NCBI RefSeq assembly: GCF_044704955.1
Contig: NC_091993.1
Coordinates: forward strand, 112,406,001 to 112,470,000
DNA: 64,000 nt
Direction of reading: 5' to 3'
Origin: Pristiophorus japonicus
Lineage: Eukaryota
A program made the position numbers and the translations under genes. Below are positions 26,430-38,356 of this stretch, one piece after another; position 1 is the stretch's first letter, and every line of letters begins with the position of its first letter. The notes beneath the pieces were generated by a model, which saw only the letters and a program-made list of their open reading frames with translations, searched no databases and was not told the origin of the DNA.

Positions 26430-27030
26430 GTTAAAATAAAAACAGAAAATGCTGCATATGCTCAGCAAGTCAGGAAGCATCTGTGGAGAGAGAAACAGAG
26501 TTAACGATTCAGGTCAATGACCTTCTGTCAGAACTAGAAAAAAGTTAAGAGGTGCAACAGGTTTTAAGTAAGGCCAGAGGAAGGGGGGGGGGGGGGGAAA
26601 GAGAAGGAAAGCACAAAAGGGAAGGTCTGTGATAGGGTGGAAGGCAGGAGAGATTAAATGACGAGAGAGATGATGGTGCAATATGAAAGGAAATGGCAAT
26701 GGGACAAGTAAAGAAACAAAAGATGAGTCTAGATAGGGTAAATGGGAATGGCAGAATCAACAGCTGCCGTGTGATATAATAGGGGCAAAGGTAATGGTGT
26801 GAAATTGTTGAACTCTATGTTGAGTCCAGGAGGCTGTAAAGTGCCTAAACGAAAGATGTTCCTCGGCCTGCATTGAGCTTCGTTGGAACAGTGTAAAAGG
26901 CCAAGGACGGAGAGGTCAGAGTGGGGCAGAGAATTAAAGTGACAGGCGACCGGAAGCTCAGGGTCACACTTGTGGAGATGTTCCACAAAGCGGTCACCCA
27001 AACTGCGTTTGGTCTCCCCAATGTAGAGGA
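26430..27030 (-). mobile_element. Penelope-like element 3' end: GIY-YIG endonuclease fragment plus pseudo-LTR
   Basis: LYIGETKRSLGDRFVEHL...PVACHFNS...IFRLGTLQPPGLNIEF, followed by a pLTR with a degenerate hammerhead (26498-26535). Confidence 0.9.
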
Positions 27031-27751
27031 TCTAAATTAAGCTCTCCAAGTTCTCCCCATTTCTCCTGTTACTTACTCTTAAGGGTAAAGATTCCACGTG
27101 ATGATGGCACGCTGTGACCCAATTGTCACCATCAATAGGGTGATGAGCACGGAGACTGGCAAAGAGCAGACGAGGTCCCCAATATGAACTTATGCAGAGT
27201 AAGTCTTTCACAAAACTCATTAGGTCTCAGTAGGTTTAAAAGACATATATGTCTTTGAGAAATGTCAGTGTTGTAAAGTGGCATGCTGGTATAAGATTTT
27301 CTGTCCGTTGACTATGAATGGACAGGAAATATTGTACTTACGATACCTACTTTGCCCACTCTAGTATATTCGTTGGAGCATCACCGTCACCACCATAAGG
27401 ACTACAGCGGTTCAAGAAGGTGGCTCACCACTGCATTGTCAGGGCGGCCAGCATTTACCAGGAACAAAGTGTTTTTTAAAAAGCCTCTGGTACAGGGGTA
27501 CAAGAGCCTGCCCTGGGACAGTGCGGCATATGTTTGACTTCAGAAGACCCGTTTCTGACTGGTTCAGATGACTGCCTTGAGGACAGTAGACTGAGAGGGA
27601 GCTAGACAATGTTTACATCAAATAAACTACTTGAAGGAACATTGGGCCGTGTCCTCCCATTCTACGTGACTTAAGACCAGTTATAAACACTCAGCATGAG
27701 AGATGATGATTCTTAAAGTGCTGGTCTGCCTCAGATATCCAGCTGGTTGCC

Positions 27752-28200
27752 AGCCTTGGCTCAGTGGGTAGCACACTAGCCTCAGAATCAGAAGGTTGAG
27801 GGTTCAAATCCCACTCCAGGGACTTGAGCACTTAAATCTGAGCTGACTCTCCTAGTGCAGTGCTGCACTGACAGTGGGGGTGCCGTCTCTCAGATGAGAT
27901 GTTTAAACCGAGGCCCTCTAGTGGATGTAAAAGATCCCATTGCACTCTTCAAAGAAGAGCGGGGCAGCTATCCTCAGTGTCCTGGCCAATATTTATCCCT
28001 CAATCAACATAACAAAAGCAGATTCTCTCTTCATTATCACACTGCTGTTTGTGGGAGCTTGCTGTGTGAAATTTGGCTGCTGCATTTCCCTCATTACAAT
28101 AGTGACTACACTTCAAAAAAGTACTTCATTTGGCTGTAAAACGCTTGGAGACGTCTGGTAGTCGTGAAAGGCGCTATATAAATGCAAGTCTTTTCTTTTT
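27752..28200 (+). mobile_element. SacSINE1/DeuSINE-type SINE
   Basis: Same family, full length. Confidence 0.85.
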
Positions 28201-28486
28201 TATTTCAAAGAATAAAACAGCCACACAGCTAGGTTCAAAATGTCTGTATTTATTATTTCAATAATTATAACACTGTTTTGGCTAAACTTACAATAGTGTT
28301 ATGGTTCCAGCAGTCTGGCACAAAAGAATGTCCCAGCAAAAAGGGCCTAAATCGGCAGCTTATAATTTGTGTGAATGATTTATAAATATATCCCTTCAGT
28401 GTATGACTGCCCTAAACAAGAGATGCAATCAACAAAATACAATTATAAATATTACTGTGAAAACATCATTGTTAAGAATGTTTCTT

Positions 28487-28935
28487 TGAGTAGACTAGGC
28501 CTAAATATTAAGTAGACTAGGCCCATATCCTCTAGAGTTTGGAAGAATGATCGGTGATCTCATTAAAACATACAAAATTCTTACAGGGCTTGACAGGGTA
28601 GATGCAGGGAGGATGTTTCCCCTGGCTGAGGAGTCTAGACCCAGGGGTCACAGTCTCAGAATAAGAGGTTAGCCATTTAGGACTGAGATGAGGAGAAATT
28701 TCTTCACTCAGAGGGTGGTGAATCTTTGGAATTCTCTACTCCAGAGGTCTGTGGAGGCTCAGTCGTTGAGTATATTCAAGACAGAGATCGATAGGTTTTT
28801 GGATATTAAGGGAATCCAGGGATATGAGGACAGTGCAGGAAAGTGGAGTTGAGGTAGAAGATCAGCCATGATCTTACTGAATGACGGAGCAGGCTCGAGG
28901 GGCCGAATGGCCTGCTCCTATTATGTTCTTATGTT
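28487..28935 (+). mobile_element. CR1 3' fragment
   Basis: Encodes FFTQRVVNLWNSL and has a typical 3' UTR and tail. Confidence 0.9.
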
Positions 28936-29567
28936 TCACTAAATATAAATATGCAGCATTCAAAAAGTGTTTGATAATATTACATGCCAAGCAGATAAAT
29001 CCAGAGGAAATAAGACTACACATTGAATCCTCTAATTCTACCCTCTTGAACATCCTTGATTATAAATCGCTCAACCATTGGTGGCTCTGCTTCTGTTGCC
29101 GAGGCCCCAAGCTCTGGGATTCCCCACCTAAACCTCTCCGCCTCTCTACCTCCCTTTCCTCCTTCAAGACGCTTCTTAAAACCTACCTCTTTCACCTGTC
29201 CTAATTTCTCCTTATGTGACCCGGGGTCAAATTTTGTGTTTCATAATACTCCTGTGAAGCGCCTTGGGACGTTTCACTATGTTAAAGGTGCTATATAAAT
29301 ACAAGGTATTGTTGTTGTTGTCTCTTTGATATAGTGTATTTGAAAAATAATTCATGTAGTCATGTGACTGTGTTGGATAGATCCAGCAGTAATTTACAGG
29401 CATTTCCACGTTTTGAAAAAAAAAGCTTTTCCTTTCAATTGCTCTTCTAATTCTTCTCACTGTACCTCTCACATCATGTCGCACTGTTGCACAGGGAGCT
29501 GCAGTCCCTTCCGTTCTTCTTTTATTAGCCACCTTTAGCCAGCGAGTGTCAGCAGTTTAATTGGTGT

Positions 29568-30020
29568 TAGCTGTGGCTCAGTGGGTAGCACCCTCACCAC
29601 TGAGTCAGAAGGTTGTGGGTTCAAGTCCCACTCGAGGAACTTGAGCACATTAAAAAAAAAACTAGGCTAACACCCCAGTGCAGCGCGCTGCACCGTCAGA
29701 GGTGCTGTCTTTTGGATGAGACGTTAAACCGAGGCCCCATCTGCCCCCTCAGGTGAATGTAAAAGATTCTATGTCACTATTTCGTAGAAGATCAGGGGAG
29801 TTAAGGTATCCCCGGTGTCTCTCAAACAACATAACCAAAAAACAGATTATCTGGTCGTTATCACCTTGCTGTTTGTGGGAGCTTGCTTGTGCAGTTTGGC
29901 TGCCACGTTTCCCACATTACAACAGTGACTACACTTCAAAAGTACTTCATTGGCTGTTAAGCCCTTTGAGACGTCCAGTGGTCGTGAAAGGTGTTATATA
30001 ATTGCAAGTCTTTCTTCTTT
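29568..30020 (+). mobile_element. SacSINE1/DeuSINE-type SINE, about 400 bp downstream of the PM20D1 stop (possibly within its 3' UTR)
   Basis: Same family. A candidate minus-strand AATAAA lies at 29521-29526. Confidence 0.8.
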
Positions 30021-30434
30021 CAATCTTCTCCGCCCGTTATCCACACATGAATATTTCCAGCTCAGGGTAGCTAGCTTGCACTCCGATGGGGTTACCCTGG
30101 CTGATTTCTCTCCCCACCCACCCTAACTGGGCTAAACCAACTCAACATAGACCAGAGATTAACCCTGGTCTATACACAGAGTCACTGGGGTGCTTCTGTA
30201 TTCCTCTGTCTTGTACAAATTATGTTAACTCCCTTCACCCCCTTGAAAAAAAATCTACAAAAGAATGACAGTCAGAATCTCTTAAAAGGACGTAAAAGAG
30301 AAATAACTGTGGCAGAATTTTTCATTTGATTTTACGGGTACGTTATGTGGCTATTCCCACCGTGGGTTATGTTGGAAAATCTCAAGGATAGAGCAGGCAG
30401 TGTCAATCCGGGAACAGTTTGCTGACCCTTTGTC

Positions 30435-30564
30435 CTACAGGTCATGTGAGGTACTGCGAGGATGTGGTAGGCTCAAAAAATCAGAGTTCTGTATCAAATG
30501 AAAGTAAAACTGTACAATTTCTTCATAGTTCCTGACAGATATTCTTTCATTCACACCGTGTATC
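30435..30564 (-). CDS. PM20D1: PM20D1 terminal coding exon including the stop codon
   Basis: (CT)n-cag|GATACACGGT...CTG TAG. It translates (R)[42 protein letters not shown], with the M20 IHGxNE metal-ligand His motif. The four exons total 468 nt = 155 aa plus stop. Confidence 0.95.
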
Positions 30565-30794
30565 CTGAGAGAGAGAGAGAGAGAGAGAAAAAGTATAATT
30601 TAAAAAAAAAATTATTAAATTCTTGAGGAAGACTGTTCAATTTACCGTGCAAGGTCCAATCTTGTGTTATTATTAAATATTATACCACACAATGTTTTAG
30701 TGCATTGGAGCATCAGCAATTTACCACAGGCTACTTTTGAAAGGCTCAGAAATATATTTCTGGCACAATAGCTGTAAAATTGCATTCACCATTT

Positions 30795-31116
30795 CTCTAG
30801 GCAGTCCCTCGGAGTTGAGGATGACTTGTTTCCACACTAATACGAGTTCCAAGGTTACTACTGAGTCTGATGCGGGATTGACAGACTCGGTCACAGGTGG
30901 GACAGGTATGTGGTTAGAGAGGCAGGTGGCTGGGGTGCTTGGTTTGTCATACGTTCCTTCCGCTGTTTGAGCCTCTTCGACAGAAGCCAAATACAAAGTT
31001 TTTGGCGCCTTCCCGGATGCTTCGTCTCCACTTTGAGTGGTCTTGTGCCAGGGATTCCCAAGAGTCAGTAGCGATGTTACATTTCTTTCAAGGAGGCTTT
31101 GAGGGTGTCCTTGCAG
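30795..31116 (-). mobile_element. RTE 3' fragment, degenerate
   Basis: Homologous to 10000-10330. Confidence 0.8.
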
Positions 31117-32574
31117 CATGAAAGGACAAAATTCTTGTCCTTGAAGCACAAGAATTCACCATTTCATTACCCCATGATTCTCATCTCATTGACCAGAATG
31201 TCAACAGTGCTCATTAACTCAGTGGTCACCGCACGAATTGTCGATTGCCTTTATCCTATTACCAAAGGCCGAGGTCGTTACTGAGAGGGTATATCTCTGA
31301 TTCACACGTCAGTTTAAAAAAAAAAGTTTTTTTCCGGGATGTGGGTGTCGTTGGCAAGGCTGGCATTTATTGCCCATCCCTAATTGCCCTCGAGAAGGTG
31401 GTGCTGAACCACCTTCTTGAACCGCTGCAGTCCGTGTGGTGAAGGTATTCCCACCCACAGTGCTGTTAGGGAGTTCCAGGATTTTGACCCAGCGACGATG
31501 AAGGAATGGCCAGTATATTTCCAAGTCAGGATGGCGTGTAGTTCTTTAGGTTCCTGATCCTTTGTAGCTCGACAGCTCGGAGCAGTGAAATCTATCCACA
31601 GCACAGGTGGGTTCTTAGAGCCCAGCGAGTCTTGCCGAATAAAGCATTTACCCAATCGGCAATTCAGACTGGTCAGTCGAGTACAGCTGTGTGAGTGTGT
31701 CACAAAAAATGACTCAACCATCAAGGTCGAGATTGCAAGAAGTGTGGGCTGGAATGGATTGTTTTATTATATCAGGGGAGGCAACTGGCAGAAGCAACAC
31801 GATTGAATATGTGATTAACTCTGTCAGATAGACCATTTGACATTTTTGTTCCAACAGTTAATCCCTTCCCGGAGAACTAACAATATTGAGGTATCAGAAG
31901 AAACAGCTAGAGCACTAGGGAGATTAAGTGGATGGGACCTCACTGAAAAATGATATAAATAAGGGAAATCAAGAATAAGCCAACAAGCCAGGAAAGTTGG
32001 ACCAGGGAACAGACACGGAGACTAGTTAAAGTAAATGTATATCTTTTTTACTCAAAGAGAAACAAATATTTGGAATAATTTACCATACAAGGTTAGAGAG
32101 AGAACAAAGAAACATTAGAATTATTGAAAATACAATTCGATGCCATGATGGGAAAGTTAATGCGCTGGAGAGATAGGCCAATAGTTTTTATTTTTATCCC
32201 TGATTTTTTTCCCCCCCAAGTTCTTTCCATATTCATCAAAGTGAATATTTACCAAGATCCAATTAATCTAGTGAAAGCAAATGATATCCTATTATTGGGC
32301 ATGATGGGAATTATGCTTGGCATAATGCAAACCGCTTCAGTCTGTGTTGTGTGAGGGAGAGATGAGGTGGCAACATTTAATGCAATAGGTCATAATTATA
32401 CTGTTTTCCTTCCGCTGCCTGGGCCATAAGTTCTGGAATTTCCTCCCTAAAACTCTCCGCCTCTCTATCTCTCTCTCTCTGTAGGCCCCGCATTGGACTC
32501 ATCAGTCACCTGAGAACTCCTAATAGTGTGGAAGCAAGTCATCCTCGACTCCGAGGGCCTGCCTAAGAAGTAGT

Positions 32575-33137
32575 AGTATAGTTGCAGCAGGACTTCTCTG
32601 CTTTTATACTCCATCCCCCTTGCAGCAAAGGCCAACATTCCATTTGCCTTCCTGATTACTTGCTGTACCTGCATACTAACTTTGTGTGTTTCATGCACAA
32701 GGACCCCCACATCCCTCTATATCTCAGCATTTTGTAATCTCTCCCCTTTTAAATAATAATTCGTTTTTTTATTTTTGCTACCACAGTGGATAACATTTTC
32801 CCACATTATACTCCATCTGCCAAATTTTTGCCCACTCACTTAGCCTGTCTATATCCCTTTGCAGATTTTTTCCGTCTTCCTCACAATTTGCTCTCCCACC
32901 CATCTTTATCATCAGCAACTTTGGCCAAATTACACTCGGTCCCTTCATCCAAGTCATTATTATAGATTGTAAATAGTTGGGGCCCAGCACTGATCCCTGC
33001 AGCACCCCACTAGTTACTGTTTGCCAATCGGAAAATGACCCGTTTATCCCAACTCTCTGTTTTCTGTTAGTTAGCCAATCCTCTATCATTGCTAATATAT
33101 TACCCCTAACCCCATGTGCTCTCATCTTGTGCCACAA
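32575..33137 (-). mobile_element. CR1 RT fragment in the PM20D1 last intron
   Basis: ORF with WLTNRKQRVGINGSFSDWQTVTSGVLQGSVLGP. Confidence 0.9.
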
Positions 33138-34223
33138 TGTTTAATATTAGCCCTCCTGATGATTCAGCCCCTTTAACCAGTGAGTAATGGAGCCATACAG
33201 ACCATGAACATCTCCCGTCCACTCCCCAGTCTGTGCTAATTTAGCAGATCTCAGACAGTAGCACAATAGTTATGTTACTGGACTAGTAATCCAAAGACCA
33301 GAGTTCAAGTCCCACCAGGGCAGCTGGGTAATTTAAATTCAGTTAATTAATTTAAATAAATCACTAAGTATTAGGTGACCATGTTGTAAAATCCCATCTG
33401 GTTCACTAATGTCCTCCAGGTGGTTGACTCTTGACTGCCGAGCAAGTCACTCAGTTGTACCAAACTGCTACGACAAAGTCACAGTGGGAGTACCTTCACC
33501 ACACGGACTGCAATGGTACACCACAATAAGGGATGGGCAATAAAAATTGACTTTGCCAGTGACGTCCACATTCCGTGAATGAATTGGCTGCAGGGGCACT
33601 ATTGTCAGCCTCATGCACTTGGGTTAGGGAGGGGAAAATTAGCCAGGGCTCCTGCTCCTGATCACTATCTGGTGACCCCTGCTAGGAGTGGGTGTGGGTA
33701 AACAACGGGTGAAAATGAGGTTTCGTCTGTGATGATGCCCTACTGGTCAAATAGTCCATTGACAATTGCTCGGAGGTTCACGCACTGACTGACCCATCCG
33801 CTTGCCCAGTACCTGTGGCTTATACCTCAGAAAAGAATCAACACCTTCAGGAAGGGCAAGGGGAGGAACGTGACAAAGAGAAAAATATTTAACATTACGG
33901 AGCTCCAGAACCTAAAACTCCTTAAATTTAATCGGGGGTATTTTAACCCCCTCGCCCGGCGGGAATGGTGCAGATGGGGAGTGGAGGCAGCAGGCGAGGA
34001 GTTAAGGTGATGAGGGAGGGGGGGGGGGGGAAAAGAGAATTTCTGATCTTACTTAGCTTACCGGAGACTGCGTGGGTCCATGAATTATACCACACAATAT
34101 CCGTGGTGGGATGACCCCACCTCATGAATTTTGACTTCTGTCACCTGACAGTGACGCCTTCCCCGCCAGCTTTGGACGGAAGTCGTCGTGGTGTGCAAAT
34201 TACCGGGTCCTCACGCTCTTCGG

Positions 34224-34800
34224 AGGGGGGGGGGGGGAAAGAGAGGAGCGAGGGGAGGGAGGGAGGAGCAAGGGGAGGGAGGGAGGGAGGGAGGAGCAAG
34301 GGGAGGGAGGGAGGAGCAAGGGGAGGGAGGGAGGAATGGAGGAGCGGAGGGAGGGAGGAATGGAGGAGCGAAGGGAGGGAGGGAGGAATGGAGGAGCGAG
34401 GGGAGGGAGGGAGGAATGGAGGAGTGAGGGGAGGTGGTGGGAGGGAGGAGCGAGGGGAGGTGGTGGGAGGGAGGAGCGAGGGGAGGTGGTGGGAGGGAGG
34501 AGCGAGGGGAGGTGGTGGGAGGGAGGAGCGAGGGGAGGTGGGAGGGGAGAGGGGAGGAAGGGAGGAGCGAGGGGGGGAGGCAGGGGCGAGGGGAGGGAGC
34601 GAGGGGAGGGGGGCAGGGGCGAGGGGTTGGAGGAGCGAGGGGTTGGAGGAGCGGAGGGAGGAGGGGAGCGAGGGGAGGGAGGAGCGAGGGGAGGGAGGAG
34701 CGAGGGGAGAGAGGAGCGAGGGGAGAGAGGAGCGAGGGGAGAGAGGGATGGAGGAGCGAGGGGGGGGAGGGATGGAGGAGCGAGGGGAGGGAGGGGGGAT
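34224..34800. repeat. G/A-rich low-complexity tandem tract (GGAGGAGCGAGGGGAGG variants)
   Basis: Nearly all-purine plus strand with dense GG/GGG/GGGG runs. Confidence 0.95.
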
Positions 34801-35266
34801 TGCAGTGGACAATTCACCAATTCACTGCCCACTTCAGCCCTCTGCACCTCCGATTCCCGCCAGAGTTAAAATCAGGGCAGTAATATGTGATAGAACTAAC
34901 ATGCAGATGCAGGTTAATCAGGTTGCCAATGTTAATAACCAAAAAGACTAAGGTGACATCAAGCTGGGTTATTGAATGAACTGCTTCTGAACCCAAGGTG
35001 GAAAAAATGCATTTAGATACAAGGACCCAATTGGCAATAGTTAAGTTTGCATTAGAGACAAGAAGCGAGCAAGAATAGAAAGACAGATTGGAAGACAAGG
35101 TTTGAAACTGCGATTGCTTGGGATAAGAAGAGTTAATACTGTACAGAAAACAGCTGTTAATGCTTGGAACATAAAAGATGTTGTACATCAAATCTCCCTG
35201 TCCTGCGTTTTCTGTACAAATTTAGAAAATTAATAACTGTAGCAGTTATAATGAATCAGGATCAAC

Positions 35267-35366
35267 TGTTCTGACGAAGGGTCACAAACCTGAAACGTTA
35301 ACTCTGTTACTCTCCACAGATGCTGCCCGACCCGCTGAGATTTACAGCATTTTCTGTTTTTATTTC
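35267..35366 (+). ncRNA. Minimal type I hammerhead-ribozyme motif in a Penelope terminus
   Basis: GTT-CTGACGA-AGGGTCACAAACCT-GAAA-C-GTT-AAC has both conserved cores (CUGANGA, GAAA), a palindromic AACGTT stem III and a GTT/AAC stem I. Stem II is imperfect. Confidence 0.6.
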
Positions 35367-35388
35367 AGGCTCAACTGTGTATCTACTT

Positions 35389-37135
35389 CATAGAATCATA
35401 GAAATTTACAGCACAGAAGGAGACCATTTCGGCCCATCGAGTCTGCGCCGGCCGACCAAGAGCTACCCAGCCTAGTCCCACTTTCCAGCTCTAGGTCCGT
35501 AGCACTGCAGGTTACGGCACTTCTTAAGTACACATCCAAGTATTTTTTTAAATTGGTGAGGGTTTCTGCCTCTACCACCCTTTCAGGCAGAGAGTTCCAG
35601 ACCCCCACAACCCTCTGGGTGAAGAAATTTCCCCTCATATCTCCTCTAAACCTCCCCCCAATGACTTTAAATCTATGTGCCCTGGTTGTTGACCCCTCTG
35701 CCAAGGGAAACAGGTTCTTCCTATCCACTCTATCCAGGCCCCTCATAATTTTATACACCTCAATCAGGTCTCCTCTCAGCCTCCTCTGTTACAAAGAAAA
35801 CAGACCCAGCATCTCCAATCTTTTCTCATAGCCAAAATTCTCCAGTCCAGGCAACATTATTGTAAATCTCCTCTGCACCCTTTCCAGTGCAATCGCATCT
35901 TTCCTGTAATGTGGTGACCAGAACTGCACACCGTACTCCAGCTGCGGCCTAACCAATGTTTTATAAAGTTCAAGCATAACGTCCTTGCTCTTGTATTCCA
36001 TGCCTCGACTTATAAAAGGCAAGTATTCCATAGGCCTTTTTAACCACCTGGCCTGCTACCTTTAGGGATCTGTGGACCTGCACTCCAAGGTCCCTTTGTT
36101 CCTCTACACTTTTCAGTGTTGTACCATTTAATGTGTATTCCCTTGCCTTGTTAGACCTCCCCAATGCATTACCACACACTTATCCGGGTTGAATTCCATT
36201 TGCCACTGTTCTGCCCACCTGACCAGTACATTGATATCTTCCTACAGTCCGCAGCTTTCTTCTTCATTATCAACCACAACCTATTTTAGTGTCATCTGTA
36301 AACTTCTTAATCATAACCCCAACATTCAATCCAAGTCATTGATATATACCACAAAAAGCAAGGGACCCAGCACTGAGCCCTGTAGAACCCCATTGGATAC
36401 AGCCTTTCAGTCACAAAAACATCCATCAACCTTTACTTCCTGCCTCTGAGCCAATTTTGGATCCAACTGGCCACTTTGCCCTGGATCCGATGGGCTTTTA
36501 CTTTCGTGACCAGTCTATCATGTGGGACCTGATCAAAAGCTTTGCTAAAATCTATATACACTACATCATATGCACTGCCCTCATCGATCCTCCTGGTTAC
36601 CTCCTCGAAAAATTCAATCAAGTTAGTCAGACACGACCTTCCCTTAACAAATCCATGCTGACTGTCCTTGATTAATCTACATCTTTCCAAATGAAGATTT
36701 ATCCTGTCCCTCAGAATTTTTTCCAATAATTTTCCCACCACTGAGGTTAGGCTGACTGTAATTACTCAGTCTATCCCTTTCTCCCTTTCTCCCTTTTTAA
36801 ACGAAGGTACACCATCAGCAGTCCTCTGGCACCACACCTGTAGCCAGAGAGGATCGGAAAATGATGGTCAGAGCCTCTGCTATTTCCTCCTTTGCTTCTC
36901 TTAACAGCCTGGGATACATACTGGGCCTGGGGATTTATCCACTTTCAAAGCTGCTAAGCCCCTTAATACTTCCTCTCTCACTGTGGTTATCTTGTCTAGT
37001 ATTTCACACTCCTCCTCCCTCATTGCAAAGTCTGCATCGCCCCTCTCTTTTGTGAAAACAGATGCCAAGTATTCATTAAGAATCATACCCACATCTTCTG
37101 CCTCCACACACACATGTCCTTTGTGGTCTCTAATT
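35389..37135 (-). mobile_element. CR1 LINE 3' 1.7 kb, degenerate
   Basis: ORFs with QHGFVKGRSCLTNLIEFFEE, DFSKAFD and RPQLEYGVQFWSP, plus a CATAGAAT tail. Confidence 0.92.
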
Positions 37136-37317
37136 ACCCTCTTGCTCTTGTCCCAGCTGAACAAAAACACACTCGCTAGGCAACTACATTTAAAATGCCA
37201 GCATCTCTCAACACAAGGCAATGGCCAAGAGTTACCCATGAACAGCCTACCTGGAATTGAGACTTAAAAAAAGAGAATGCTTAAAACTTCAATAATATCC
37301 TTGTGCCAACTTCTTAC

Positions 37318-37417
37318 CGAGACAAGTCCTCTTGCTTCAATATCATTGGTGTAAACCTATAGAGTTCCCTGGTCAAGTTCTGGTAGTGTATGGTATCTGT
37401 GCTTGCAACACAGAGAC
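37318..37417 (-). CDS. PM20D1: PM20D1 penultimate coding exon, 100 bp
   Basis: ttgcttctag|GTCTCTGT...TTGTCTCG|gtaaga. Phase 1 in and phase 2 out, compatible with both neighbours. It translates (G)LCVASTDTIHYQNLTRELYRFTPMILKQEDLS(R) versus human TSIGNTDSRFFTNLTTGIYRFYPIYIQPEDFKR. Confidence 0.93.
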
Positions 37418-37685
37418 CTAGAAGCAAAGAATAGGACAAGAAAGAAAATAATCATCAAGTACCAACCTATGTTGTCCTCATTTTTCTTGACCATCACTGA
37501 ACTATTAATGTTGCTGCTATATTGGACAATAGTTCTAACCTGTTTTGTTAAAGGCAAATTTTGTTTTACAAATGTAAGAGACTTTTTTTTTAAAGTAGTG
37601 AACAATTGGATAGAAGAGAATGCAACAGATTTACCCCTGGAATTTCCATGGGAGTTCTCTCCATCTACTCTGTAACTTTGGTGGG

Positions 37686-38010
37686 AAAGAAAGAACGACT
37701 TGCATTTATATAGCGCCTTTCACGACTATTGGACGTCTCAAAGCGCTTTACAGCCAATGAAGTACTTTTTGGAATGTAGTAATGTAGGAAACGTGGCAGC
37801 CAATTTGTGCACAGCAAGCTCCCACAAGCAGCAATGTGATCATGACTAGATAATCTGTTTTTAGTGACGTTGATTGAGGGATAAATATTGGCCAGGACAC
37901 CGGTGATATCTCCCCTGCTCTTCTTCGAAATAGTGCCGTGGGATCTTTTACATCCACCTGAGAGAGTAGTCGGGTTAACGGTTCATCCAAAAGACGGCAC
38001 CTCCGACTGG
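37686..38010 (-). mobile_element. SacSINE1/DeuSINE-type SINE, 5'-truncated
   Basis: Same family. Further partial copies are at 377-495, 16665-16840, 17555-17665 and 42000-42340. Confidence 0.8.
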
Positions 38011-38302
38011 AGAGCAATGGGTCCCATGGAAAATGGCTAAACATGCCTTTTTTGACGTTTCTCAAAGATTTCCACCAAATTCCAGTCACAGATCAGGAGA
38101 ACCCTGTGGAAATCCCCACCTCCACATATAGATTTTCAGAAGGCGTTCGAATGGTTATCTCACAAGTGGCTTGTTAAAAAAATTCTGGAGTTTGTTATCA
38201 GAGGAGATGTAGTAGCATGGATAGAAAATGGTTGACAGAGGGAAAATAAAAAAGAGTTAGGGCAAATGTGTGCTGATCGAATTGGAGAAGAACTGAAAGG
38301 GA

Positions 38303-38304
<2 letters not shown>

Positions 38305-38349
<45 letters not shown>

Positions 38350-38356
38350 GTATATG
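38305..38356. repeat. (TG)n(TA)n microsatellite
   Basis: Directly visible. Confidence 0.95.

Noticed and set aside
27065-27220. Possible exon with a minus-strand GTAAGT donor near 27076, or a C/D snoRNA (GTGATGA boxes)
   Set aside because: No recognisable reading frame or clear acceptor, and no matching D box or terminal stem.
27752-27830. tRNA genes at SINE heads
   Set aside because: A/B boxes are present, but they continue directly into SINE bodies and do not form a complete cloverleaf.
30435-30449. C-terminal SHDL as a KDEL-type ER-retention signal
   Set aside because: It does not fit the [KH]DEL consensus, and mammalian PM20D1 is secreted.
34124-34951. Gly/Arg/Glu-rich and Pro/Ser-rich ORFs
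   Set aside because: Low-complexity purine tract inside a PM20D1 intron.
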